Below are positions 27,001 through 39,500 of a DNA stretch of 64,000 nucleotides, piece after piece (the stretch's first letter is position 1; each line of letters begins with the position of its first letter). The notes beneath the pieces were generated by a model. The model did not search any database and had not been told where the DNA came from. It saw nothing but the letters and a program-made list of their open reading frames with translations. A program made the translations under genes and the position numbers. The stretch comes from the human T2T-CHM13v2.0 reference genome, Homo sapiens. The stretch lies in the NCBI RefSeq assembly GCF_009914755.1, contig NC_060944.1; one strand, 5' to 3'.

Positions 27001-27532
27001 TTTGAAACACTCTTTTTGTAGTGTCTATAAGTGAACATTTGGCGTGCTTTCAGGCCTAACGTGAAAAAGGAAATATCTTCCCATAAAAACTAGACAGAAG
27101 CATTCTCAGAAACTTGTTCTTGATGTGTCCCCTCTACTGACAGAGTTGAACCTTTCTTTGCAAAGAGCAGCTTTGAAACACTCTTTTTGTAGAATCTGCA
27201 AGAGGATATTTGGATAGCTTGGAGGATTTCGTTGGAAACGGGTATGTCTTCAGATAAACTCTAGACAGAAGCATTCTCAGAAACTTCTTTGGGATGTTGC
27301 ATTCAAGTCACAGAGTAGAACATTCCCATTCATAGAGCAGATTTGAAACACTCTTTTTGTGGTATCTGGAAGTGGACATTTGGAGCGCTTTCAGGCCTAT
27401 GTTGAAAAAGGAAATATCTTCCCATAAAAACTAGACGGAAGCATTCTCAGAAACTTATTTGTGATGTGTTTGCTCAACTAACAGGATTGAACCATCGTTT
27501 TGAAGGAGCAGTTTTGAAACACTGTTTTCGTG
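3062..27532 (+). repeat. Nine canonical 16-mer HOR units U2-U10 (2,719 bp each)
   Basis: The marker ORF recurs at 3072, 5791, 8510 ... 24824, 27543 with constant 2,719 spacing (11x171 + 4x167 + 170). Confidence 0.96.
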
Positions 27533-30500
27533 GAATCTGCAAGTGGATATTTGGCTAGCTTTGAGGATTTTGTTGGAAACGGGATTACATATAAAAAGGA
27601 GACAGCAGCATTCTCAGAAACTTCTTTGTGATGTCTGCATTCAATTCACAGAGTTGAGCATTCCCTTTCATAGAGCAGGTTGGAAACACTCTTTTTGTAG
27701 TATCTGGATGAGGACATTTGGAGCGCTTTCAGGCGTATGGTGAAAAAGGAAATATCTTCCCGTAAAAACTAGACAGAAGCATTCTCAGAAGTTTATTTGT
27801 GATGTGTGCCCTCAACTAACAGAGTTGAACCTTTCTTTTGATAGAGCAGTTTTGAAACACTCTTTTTGTAAAATCTGCAAGAGGATATTTGGATAGCTTT
27901 GAGGATTTCGTTGCAAACGGGAATGGCTTCATATAAACTCTAGACAGAAGCATTCTCAGAAACTTCGTTGGGATGTTTCGATTGAAGTCCCAGTGTTGAA
28001 CATTCCCTTTTATAGAGCAGGTTGGAAACACTCTTTCTGCATTCCCTGGAAGTGGACATTTGGAGCGCTTTCAGGACGACGGTGAAAATGGAAATATCTT
28101 CCAAGAAAATCTAGATAGAAGCAATGTCAGAAACTTTTATGTGATGGCTCTACTCAGCTAACAGAGTTGAACCTTTCTTTTGAGAGAGCAGTTTTGCAAC
28201 ACTCTTTTTGTGGAATATGCAAGTGGATATTAGGGCAGCTTTGAGGATTTCGTTGGAAACGGGAATACATGTAAAAAGCAGACAGCAGCATTCTCAGAAA
28301 CTTCTTTGTGATGTTTGCATTGAAGTCACAGAGTTGAACATTCCCTTTGAGAGAGCAGGTTTGAAACACGCCTTTTGTCATATCTGGAAGTGTCCATTCG
28401 GAGCGCATTCAGGCTTGTGTTGAAAAAGGAAATATCCTCCCATAAAAACTAGACAGAAGCATTCTCAGAAACTTATCTGTGATGTATGTACTCAACTAAC
28501 AGAACTAAACCATCGTTTTGAAGGAGCAGTTTTGAAACACTCTTTTTGCGGAATCTGCAAGTGGATATTTGGCTAGCTGGGAGGATTTCGTTGGAAACGG
28601 GATTACATACAAAAAGCAGACAGCAGCATTCTCAGAAACTTCTTTGTGATGTTTGCATTCAAGTCACAGAGTTGAACATTCCCTTTCATAGAGCAGGTTT
28701 GAAACACTCTTTTTGTAGTATCTGGATGTGGACATTTGGATCGCTTTCAGGCCTATGGTGAAAAAGGAAATATCTTCCCATGAAAACTAGACAGAAGCAT
28801 TCTCAGAAACTTATTCGTGATGTGTGCCCTCAACTGACAGTGTTGAACCTTTGTTTTGATAGAGCAGTTCTGAAACACACTTTTTGTAAAATCTGTAAGA
28901 GGATATTTGGATAGCTTTGAGGATTTCGTTGGAAACGGGAATGTCTTCATGTAAACTCTAGACAGAAGCATTCTCAGAAACTGCTTTGGGATGTTTCAAT
29001 TGAAGTCCCAGTGTTGAACATTCCCATTCATAGAGCAGGTTTGAAACACTCTTTTTGTACTATCTGGAAGTGGACATTTGGAGCGCTTTCAGGTCTACGG
29101 TGAAAAAGGAGATATCTTCCAATAAAAACTAGATAGAAGCAATGTCAGAACTTTTTTCATGATGTATCTACTCAGCAAACAGAGTTGAACCTTTCTTTTG
29201 AGAGAGCAGTTTTGAAACACTCTTTTTGTGGAATATGCAAGTGGGTATTAGGCCAGCTTGGAGGATTTCGTTGGAAACGGGAATACGTATAAAAAGCAGA
29301 CAGCAGCATTGTCAGAAACTACTTTGTGATGTTTGCATTCAAGTCACAGAATTGAACACTCCCTTTCACAGAGCAGGTTTGAAACACTCTTTTTGTAGTG
29401 TCTGTAAGTGAACATTTGGATTGCTTTCAGGCCTAAGGTGAAAAAGGAAATATCTTCCCATAAAAACTAGACAGAAGCATTCTCAGAAACTTGTTTGTGA
29501 TGTGTGCCCTCTACTGACAGAGTTGAACCTTTCTTTGCAAAGAGCAGTTTTGAAACACTCTTTTTGTAGAATCTGCAAGAGGATATTTGGATAGCTTTGA
29601 GGATTTCTTGGGAAACGGGAATGTCTTCAGATAAACTCTAGACAGAAGCATTCTCAGAAACTTCTTTGGGATGTTTCAATTGAAGTCACAGTGTTGAACA
29701 TTCCCTTTCACAGAGCAGGTTTGAAACACTCTTTTTGTAGTGTCTATAAGTGAACATTTGGCGTGCTTTCAGGCCTAACGTGAAAAAGGAAATATCTTCC
29801 CATAAAAACTAGACAGAAGCATTCTCAGAAACTTGTTCTTGATGTGTGCCCTCTACTGACAGAGTTGAACCTTTCTTTGCAAAGAGCAGTTTTGAAACAC
29901 TCTTTTTGTAGAATCTGCAAGAGGATATTTGGATAGCTTTGAGGATTTCTTGGGAAACGGGAATGTCTTCAGATAAACTCTAGACAGAAGCATTCTCAGA
30001 AACTTCTTTGGGATGTTTCAATTGAAGTCACAGTGTTGAACATTCCCTTTCACAGAGCAGGTTTGAAACACTCTTTTTGTAGTGTCTATAAGTGAACATT
30101 TGGCGTGCTTTCAGGCCTAACGTGAAAAAGGAAATATCTTCCCATAAAAACTAGACAGAAGCATTCTCAGAAACTTGTTCTTGATGTGTCCCCTCTACTG
30201 ACAGAGTTGAACCTTTCTTTGCAAAGAGCAGCTTTGAAACACTCTTTTTGTAGAATCTGCAAGAGGATATTTGGATAGCTTGGAGGATTTCGTTGGAAAC
30301 GGGTATGTCTTCAGATAAACTCTAGACAGAAGCATTCTCAGAAACTTCTTTGGGATGTTGCATTCAAGTCACAGAGTAGAACATTCCCATTCATAGAGCA
30401 GATTTGAAACACTCTTTTTGTAGTATCTGGAAGTGGACATTTGGAGCGCTTTCAGGCCTATGTTGAAAAAGGAAATATCTTCCCATAAAAACTAGACGGA

Positions 30501-30593
30501 AGCATTCTCAGAAACTTATTTGTGATGTGTTTGCTCAACTAACAGGATTGAACCATCGTTTTGAAGGAGCAGTTTTGAAACACTGTTTTCGTG
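27533..30593 (+). repeat. HOR unit U11, 18-mer variant
   Basis: Spacing 27543 to 30604 is 3,061 bp; extra dimer at 29820-30161. Confidence 0.95.
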
Positions 30594-33500
30594 GAATCTG
30601 CAAGTGGATATTTGGCTAGCTTTGAGGATTTCGTTGGAAACGGGATTACATATAAAAAGGAGACAGCAGCATTCTCAGAAACTTCTTTGTGATGTCTGCA
30701 TTCAATTCACAGAGTTGAGCATTCCCTTTCATAGAGCAGGTTGGAAACACTCTTTTTGTAGTATCTGGATGAGGACATTTGGAGCGCTTTCAGGCGTATG
30801 GTGAAAAAGGAAATATCTTCCCGTAAAAACTAGACAGAAGCATTCTCAGAAGTTTATTTGTGATGTGTGCCCTCAACTAACAGAGTTGAACCTTTCTTTT
30901 GATAGAGCAGTTTTGAAACACTCTTTTTGTAAAATCTGCAAGAGGATATTTGGATAGCTTTGAGGATTTCGTTGCAAACGGGAATGGCTTCATATAAACT
31001 CTAGACAGAAGCATTCTCAGAAACTTCGTTGGGATGTTTCGATTGAAGTCCCAGTGTTGAACATTCCCTTTTATAGAGCAGGTTGGAAACACTCTTTCTG
31101 CATTCCCTGGAAGTGGACATTTGGAGCGCTTTCAGGACGACGGTGAAAATGGAAATATCTTCCAAGAAAATCTAGATAGAAGCAATGTCAGAAACTTTTA
31201 TGTGATGGATCTACTCAGCTAACAGAGTTGAACCTTTCTTTTGAGAGAGCAGTTTTGCAACACTCTTTTTGTGGAATATGCAAGTGGATATTAGGGCAGC
31301 TTTGAGGATTTCGTTGGAAACGGGAATACATGTAAAAAGCAGACAGCAGCATTCTCAGAAACTTCTTTGTGATGTTTGCATTGAAGTCACAGAGTTGAAC
31401 ATTCCCTTTGAGAGAGCAGGTTTGAAACACGCCTTTTGTCATATCTGGAAGTGTCCATTCGGAGCGCATTCAGGCTTGTGTTGAAAAAGGAAATATCCTC
31501 CCATAAAAACTAGACAGAAGCATTCTCAGAAACTTATCTGTGATGTATGTACTCAACTAACAGAACTAAACCATCGTTTTGAAGGAGCAGTTTTGAAACA
31601 CTCTTTTTGCGGAATCTGCAAGTGGATATTTGGCTAGCTGGGAGGATTTCGTTGGAAACGGGATTACATACAAAAAGCAGACAGCAGCATTCTCAGAAAC
31701 TTCTTTGTGATGTTTGCATTCAAGTCACAGAGTTGAACATTCCCTTTCATAGAGCAGGTTTGAAACACTCTTTTTGTAGTATCTGGATGTGGACATTTGG
31801 ATCGCTTTCAGGCCTATGGTGAAAAAGGAAATATCTTCCCATGAAAACTAGACAGAAGCATTCTCAGAAACTTATTTGTGATGTGTGCCCTCAACTGACA
31901 GTGTTGAACCTTTGTTTTGATAGAGCAGTTCTGAAACACACTTTTTGTAAAATCTGCAAGAGGATATTTGGATAGCTTTGAGGATTTCGTTGGAAACGGG
32001 AATGTCTTCATGTAAACTCTAGACAGAAGCATTCTCAGAAACTGCTTTGGGATGTTTCAATTGAAGTCCCAGTGTTGAACATTCCCATTCATAGAGCAGG
32101 TTTGAAACACTCTTTTTGTACTATCTGGAAGTGGACATTTGGAGCGCTTTCAGGTCTACGGTGAAAAAGGAGATATCTTCCAATAAAAACTAGATAGAAG
32201 CAATGTCAGAACTTTTTTCATGATGTATCTACTCAGCAAACAGAGTTGAACCTTTCTTTTGAGAGAGCAGTTTTGAAACACTCTTTTTGTGGAATATGCA
32301 AGTGGGTATTAGGCCAGCTTGGAGGATTTCGTTGGAAACGGGAATACGTATAAAAAGCAGACAGCAGCATTGTCAGAAACTACTTTGTGATGTTTGCATT
32401 CAAGTCACAGAATTGAACACTCCCTTTCACAGAGCAGGTTTGAAACACTCTTTTTGTAGTGTCTGTAAGTGAACATTTGGATTGCTTTCAGGCCTAAGGT
32501 GAAAAAGGAAATATCTTCCCATAAAAACTAGACAGAAGCATTCTCAGAAACTTGTTTGTGATGTGTGCCCTCTACTGACAGAGTTGAACCTTTCTTTGCA
32601 AAGAGCAGTTTTGAAACACTCTTTTTGTAGAATCTGCAAGAGGATATTTGGATAGCTTTGAGGATTTCTTGGGAAACGGGAATGTCTTCAGATAAACTCT
32701 AGACAGAAGCATTCTCAGAAACTTCTTTGGGATGTTTCAATTGAAGTCACAGTGTTGAACATTCCCTTTCACAGAGCAGGTTTGAAACACTCTTTTTGTA
32801 GTGTCTATAAGTGAACATTTGGCGTGCTTTCAGGCCTAACGTGAAAAAGGAAATATCTTCCCATAAAAACTAGACAGAAGCATTCTCAGAAACTTGTTCT
32901 TGATGTGTGCCCTCTACTGACAGAGTTGAACCTTTCTTTGCAAAGAGCAGCTTTGAAACACTCTTTTTGTAGAATCTGCAAGAGGATATTTGGATAGCTT
33001 GGAGGATTTCGTTGGAAACGGGTATGTCTTCAGATAAACTCTAGACAGAAGCATTCTCAGAAACTTCTTTGGGATGTTGCATTCAAGTCACAGAGTAGAA
33101 CATTCCCATTCATAGAGCAGATTTGAAACACTCTTTTTGTAGTATCTGGAAGTGGACATTTGGAGCGCTTTCAGGCCTATGTTGAAAAAGGAAATATCTT
33201 CCCATAAAAACTAGACGGAAGCATTCTCAGAAACTTATTTGTGATGTGTTTGCTCAACTAACAGGATTGAACCATCGTTTTGAAGGAGCAGTTTTGAAAC
33301 ACTGTTTTCGTGGAATCTGCAAGTGGATATTTGGCTAGCTTTGAGGATTTCGTTGGAAACGGGATTACATATACAAAGGAGACAGCAGCATTCTCAGAAA
33401 CTTCTTTGTGATGTCTGCATTCAATTCACAGAGTTGAGCATTCCCTTTCATAGAGCAGGTTGGAAGCACTCTTTTTGTAGTATCTGGATGAGGACATTTG

Positions 33501-36500
33501 GAGCGCTTTCAGGCGTATGGTGAAAAAGGAAATATCTTCCCGTAAAAACTAGACAGAAGCATTCTCAGAAGTTTATTTGTGATGTGTGCCCTCAACTAAC
33601 AGAGTTGAACCTTTCTTTTGATAGAGCAGTTTTGAAACACTCTTTTTGTAAAATCTGCAAGAGGATATTTGGATAGCTTTGAGGATTTCGTTGCAAACGG
33701 GAATGGCTTCATATAAACTCTAGACAGAAGCATTCTCAGAAACTTCGTTGGGATGTTTCGATTGAAGTCCCAGTGTTGAACATTCCCTTTTATAGAGCAG
33801 GTTGGAAACACTCTTTCTGCATTCCCTGGAAGTGGACATTTGGAGCGCTTTCAGGACGACGGTGAAAATGGAAATATCTTCCAAGAAAATCTAGATAGAA
33901 GCAATGTCAGAAACTTTTATGTGATGGATCTACTCAGCTAACAGAGTTGAACCTTTCTTTTGAGAGAGCAGTTTTGCAACACTCTTTTTGTGGAATATGC
34001 AAGTGGATATTAGGGCAGCTTTGAGGATTTCGTTGGAAACGGGAATACATGTAAAAAGCAGACAGCAGCATTCTCAGAAACTTCTTTGTGATGTTTGCAT
34101 TGAAGTCACAGAGTTGAACATTCCCTTTGAGAGAGCAGGTTTGAAACACGCCTTTTGTCATATCTGGAAGTGTCCATTCGGAGCGCATTCAGGCTTGTGT
34201 TGAAAAAGGAAATATCCTCCCATAAAAACTAGACAGAAGCATTCTCAGAAACTTATCTGTGATGTATGTACTCAACTAACAGAACTAAACCATCGTTTTG
34301 AAGGAGCAGTTTTGAAACACTCTTTTTGCGGAATCTGCAAGTGGATATTTGGCTAGCTGGGAGGATTTCGTTGGAAACGGGATTACATACAAAAAGCAGA
34401 GAGCAGCATTCTCAGAAACTTCTTTGTGATGTTTGCATTCAAGTCACAGAGTTGAACATTCCCTTTCATAGAGCAGGTTTGAAACACTCTTTTTGTAGTA
34501 TCTGGATGTGGACATTTGGATCGCTTTCAGGCCTATGGTGAAAAAGGAAATATCTTCCCATGAAAACTAGACAGAAGCATTCTCAGAAACTTATTTGTGA
34601 TGTGTGCCCTCAACTGACAGTGTTGAACCTTTGTTTTGATAGAGCAGTTCTGAAACACACTTTTTGTAAAATCTGCAAGAGGATATTTGGATAGCTTTGA
34701 GGATTTCGTTGGAAACGGGAATGTCTTCATGTAAACTCTAGACAGAAGCATTCTCAGAAACTGCTTTGGGATGTTTCAATTGAAGTCCCAGTGTTGAACA
34801 TTCCCATTCATAGAGCAGGTTTGAAACACTCTTTTTGTACTATCTGGAAGTGGACATTTGGAGCGCTTTCAGGTCTACGGTGAAAAAGGAGATATCTTCC
34901 AATAAAAACTAGATAGAAGCAATGTCAGAACTTTTTTCATGATGTATCTACTCAGCAAACAGAGTTGAACCTTTCTTTTGAGAGAGCAGTTTTGAAACAC
35001 TCTTTTTGTGGAATATGCAAGTGGGTATTAGGCCAGCTTGGAGGATTTCGTTGGAAACGGGAATACGTATAAAAAGCAGACAGCAGCATTGTCAGAAACT
35101 ACTTTGTGATGTTTGCATTCAAGTCACAGAATTGAACACTCCCTTTCACAGAGCAGGTTTGAAACACTCTTTTTGTAGTGTCTGTAAGTGAACATTTGGA
35201 TTGCTTTCAGGCCTAAGGTGAAAAAGGAAATATCTTCCCATAAAAACTAGACAGAAGCATTCTCAGAAACTTGTTTGTGATGTGTGCCCTCTACTGACAG
35301 AGTTGAACCTTTCTTTGCAAAGAGCAGTTTTGAAACACTCTTTTTGTAGAATCTGCAAGAGGATATTTGGATAGCTTTGAGGATTTCTTGGGAAACGGGA
35401 ATGTCTTCAGATAAACTCTAGACAGAAGCATTCTCAGAAACTTCTTTGGGATGTTTCAATTGAAGTCACAGTGTTGAACATTCCCTTTCACAGAGCAGGT
35501 TTGAAACACTCTTTTTGTAGTGTCTATAAGTGAACATTTGGCGTGCTTTCAGGCCTAACGTGAAAAAGGAAATATCTTCCCATAAAAACTAGACAGAAGC
35601 ATTCTCAGAAACTTGTTCTTGATGTGTGCCCTCTACTGACAGAGTTGAACCTTTCTTTGCAAAGAGCAGCTTTGAAACACTCTTTTTGTAGAATCTGCAA
35701 GAGGATATTTGGATAGCTTGGAGGATTTCGTTGGAAACGGGTATCTCTTCAGATAAACTCTAGACAGAAGCATTCTCAGAAACTTCTTTGGGATGTTGCA
35801 TTCAAGTCACAGAGTAGAACATTCCCATTCATAGAGCAGATTTGAAACACTCTTTTTGTAGTATCTGGAAGTGGACATTTGGAGCGCTTTCAGGCCTATG
35901 TTGAAAAAGGAAATATCTTCCCATAAAAACTAGACGGAAGCATTCTCAGAAACTTATTTGTGATGTGTTTGCTCAACTAACAGGATTGAACCATCGTTTT
36001 GAAGGAGCAGTTTTGAAACACTGTTTTCGTGGAATCTGCAAGTGGATATTTGGCTAGCTTTGAGGATTTCGTTGGAAACGGGATTACATATACAAAGGAG
36101 ACAGCAGCATTCTCAGAAACTTCTTTGTGATGTCTGCATTCAATTCACAGAGTTGAGCATTCCCTTTCATAGAGCAGGTTGGAAACACTCTTTTTGTAGT
36201 ATCTGGATGAGGACATTTGGAGCGCTTTCAGGCGTATGGTGAAAAAGGAAATATCTTCCCGTAAAAACTAGACAGAAGCATTCTCAGAAGTTTATTTGTG
36301 ATGTGTGCCCTCAACTAACAGAGTTGAACCTTTCTTTTGATAGAGCAGTTTTGAAACACTCTTTTTGTAAAATCTGCAAGAGGATATTTGGATAGCTTTG
36401 AGGATTTCGTTGCAAACGGGAATGGCTTCATATAAACTCTAGACAGAAGCATTCTCAGAGACTTCGTTGGGATGTTTCGATTGAAGTCCCAGTGTTGAAC

Positions 36501-39500
36501 ATTCCCTTTTATAGAGCAGGTTGGAAACACTCTTTCTGCATTCCCTGGAAGTGGACATTTGGAGCGCTTTCAGGACGACGGTGAAAATGGAAATATCTTC
36601 CAAGAAAATCTAGATAGAAGCAATGTCAGAAACTTTTATGTGATGGATCTACTCAGCTAACAGAGTTGAACCTTTCTTTTGAGAGAGCAGTTTTGCAACA
36701 CTCTTTTTGTGGAATATGCAAGTGGATATTAGGGCAGCTTTGAGGATTTCGTTGGAAACGGGAATACATGTAAAAAGCAGACAGCAGCATTCTCAGAAAC
36801 TTCTTTGTGATGTTTGCATTGAAGTCACAGAGTTGAACATTCCCTTTGAGAGAGCAGGTTTGAAACACGCCTTTTGTCATATCTGGAAGTGTCCATTCGG
36901 AGCGCATTCAGGCTTGTGTTGAAAAAGGAAATATCCTCCCATAAAAACTAGACAGAAGCATTCTCAGAAACTTATCTGTGATGTATGTACTCAACTAACA
37001 GAACTAAACCATCGTTTTGAAGGAGCAGTTTTGAAACACTCTTTTTGCGGAATCTGCAAGTGGATATTTGGCTAGCTGGGAGGATTTCGTTGGAAACGGG
37101 ATTACATACAAAAAGCAGAGAGCAGCATTCTCAGAAACTTCTTTGTGATGTTTGCATTCAAGTCACAGAGTTGAACATTCCCTTTCATAGAGCAGGTTTG
37201 AAACACTCTTTTTGTAGTATCTGGATGTGGACATTTGGATCGCTTTCAGGCCTATGGTGAAAAAGGAAATATCTTCCCATGAAAACTAGACAGAAGCATT
37301 CTCAGAAACTTATTTGTGATGTGTGCCCTCAACTGACAGTGTTGAACCTTTGTTTTGATAGAGCAGTTCTGAAACACACTTTTTGTAAAATCTGCAAGAG
37401 GATATTTGGATAGCTTTGAGGATTTCGTTGGAAACGGGAATGTCTTCATGTAAACTCTAGACAGAAGCATTCTCAGAAACTGCTTTGGGATGTTTCAATT
37501 GAAGTCCCAGTGTTGAACATTCCCATTCATAGAGCAGGTTTGAAACACTCTTTTTGTACTATCTGGAAGTGGACATTTGGAGCGCTTTCAGGTCTACGGT
37601 GAAAAAGGAGATATCTTCCAATAAAAACTAGATAGAAGCAATGTCAGAACTTTTTTCATGATGTATCTACTCAGCAAACAGAGTTGAACCTTTCTTTTGA
37701 GAGAGCAGTTTTGAAACACTCTTTTTGTGGAATATGCAAGTGGGTATTAGGCCAGCTTGGAGGATTTCGTTGGAAACGGGAATACGTATAAAAAGCAGAC
37801 AGCAGCATTGTCAGAAACTACTTTGTGATGTTTGCATTCAAGTCACAGAATTGAACACTCCCTTTCACAGAGCAGGTTTGAAAAACTCTTTTTGTAGTGT
37901 CTGTAAGTGAACATTTGGATTGCTTTCAGGCCTAAGGTGAAAAAGGAAATATCTTCCCATAAAAACTAGACAGAAGCATTCTCAGAAACTTGTTTGTGAT
38001 GTGTGCCCTCTACTGACAGAGTTGAAACTTTCTTTGCAAAGAGCAGTTTTGAAACACTCTTTTTGTAGAATCTGCAAGAGGATATTTGGATAGCTTTGAG
38101 GATTTCTTGGGAAACGGGAATGTCTTCAGATAAACTCTAGACAGAAGCATTCTCAGAAAGTTCTTTGGGATGTTTCAATTGAAGTCACAGTGTTGAACAT
38201 TCCCTTTCACAGAGCAGGTTTGAAACACTCTTTTTGTAGTGTCTATAAGTGAACATTTGGCGTGCTTTCAGGCCTAACGTGAAAAAGGAAATATCTTCCC
38301 ATAAAAACTAGACAGAAGCATTCTGAGAAACTTGTTCGTGATGTGTGCCCTCTACTGACAGAGTTGAACCTTTCTTTGCAAAGAGCAGCTTTGAAACACA
38401 CTTTTTGTAGAATCTGCAAGAGGATATTTGGATAGCTTGGAGGATTTCGTTGGAAACGGGTATCTCTTCAGATAAACTCTAGACAGAAGCATTCTCAGAA
38501 ACTTCTTTGGGATGTTGCATTCAAGTCACAGAGTAGAACATTCCCATTCATAGAGCAGATTTGAAACACTCTTTTTGTAGTATCTGGAAGTGGACATTTG
38601 GAGCGCTTTCAGGCCTATGTTGAAAAAGGAAATATCTTCCCATAAAAACTAGACGGAAGCATTCTCAGAAACTTATTTGTGATGTGTTTGCTCAACTAAC
38701 AGGATTGAACCATCGTTTTGAAGGAGCAGTTTTGAAACACTGTTTTCGTGGAATCTGCAAGTGGATATTTGGCTAGCTTTGAGGATTTCGTTGGAAACGG
38801 GATTACATATAAAAAGGAGACAGCAGCATTCTCAGAAACTTCTTTGTGATGTCTGCATTCAAGTCACAGAGTTGAGCATTCCCTTTCATAGAGCAGGTTG
38901 GAAACACTCTTTTTGTAGTATCTGGATGAGGACATTTGGAGCGCTTTCAGGCGTATGGTGAAAAAGGAAATATCTTCCCGTAAAAACTAGACAGAAGCAT
39001 TCTCAGAAGTTTATTTGTGATGTGTGCCCTCAACTAACAGAGTTGAACCTTTCTTTTGATAGAGCAGTTTTGAAACACTCTTTTTGTAAAATCTGCAAGA
39101 GGATATTTGGATAGCTTTGAGGATTTCGTTGCAAACGGGAATGGCTTCATATAAACTCTAGACAGAAGCATTCTCAGAAACTTCGTTGGGATGTTTCGAT
39201 TGAAGTCCCAGTGTTGAACATTCCCTTTTATAGAGCAGGTTGGAAACACTCTTTCTGCATTCCCTGGAAGTGGACATTTGGAGCGCTTTCAGGACGACGG
39301 TGAAAATGGAAATATCTTCCAAGAAAATCTAGATAGAAGCAATGTCAGAAACTTTTATGTGATGGATCTACTCAGCTAACAGAGTTGAACCTTTCTTTTG
39401 AGAGAGCAGTTTTGCAACACTCTTTTTGTGGAATATGCAAGTGGATATTAGGGCAGCTTTGAGGATTTCGTTGGAAACGGGAATACATGTAAAAAGCAGA

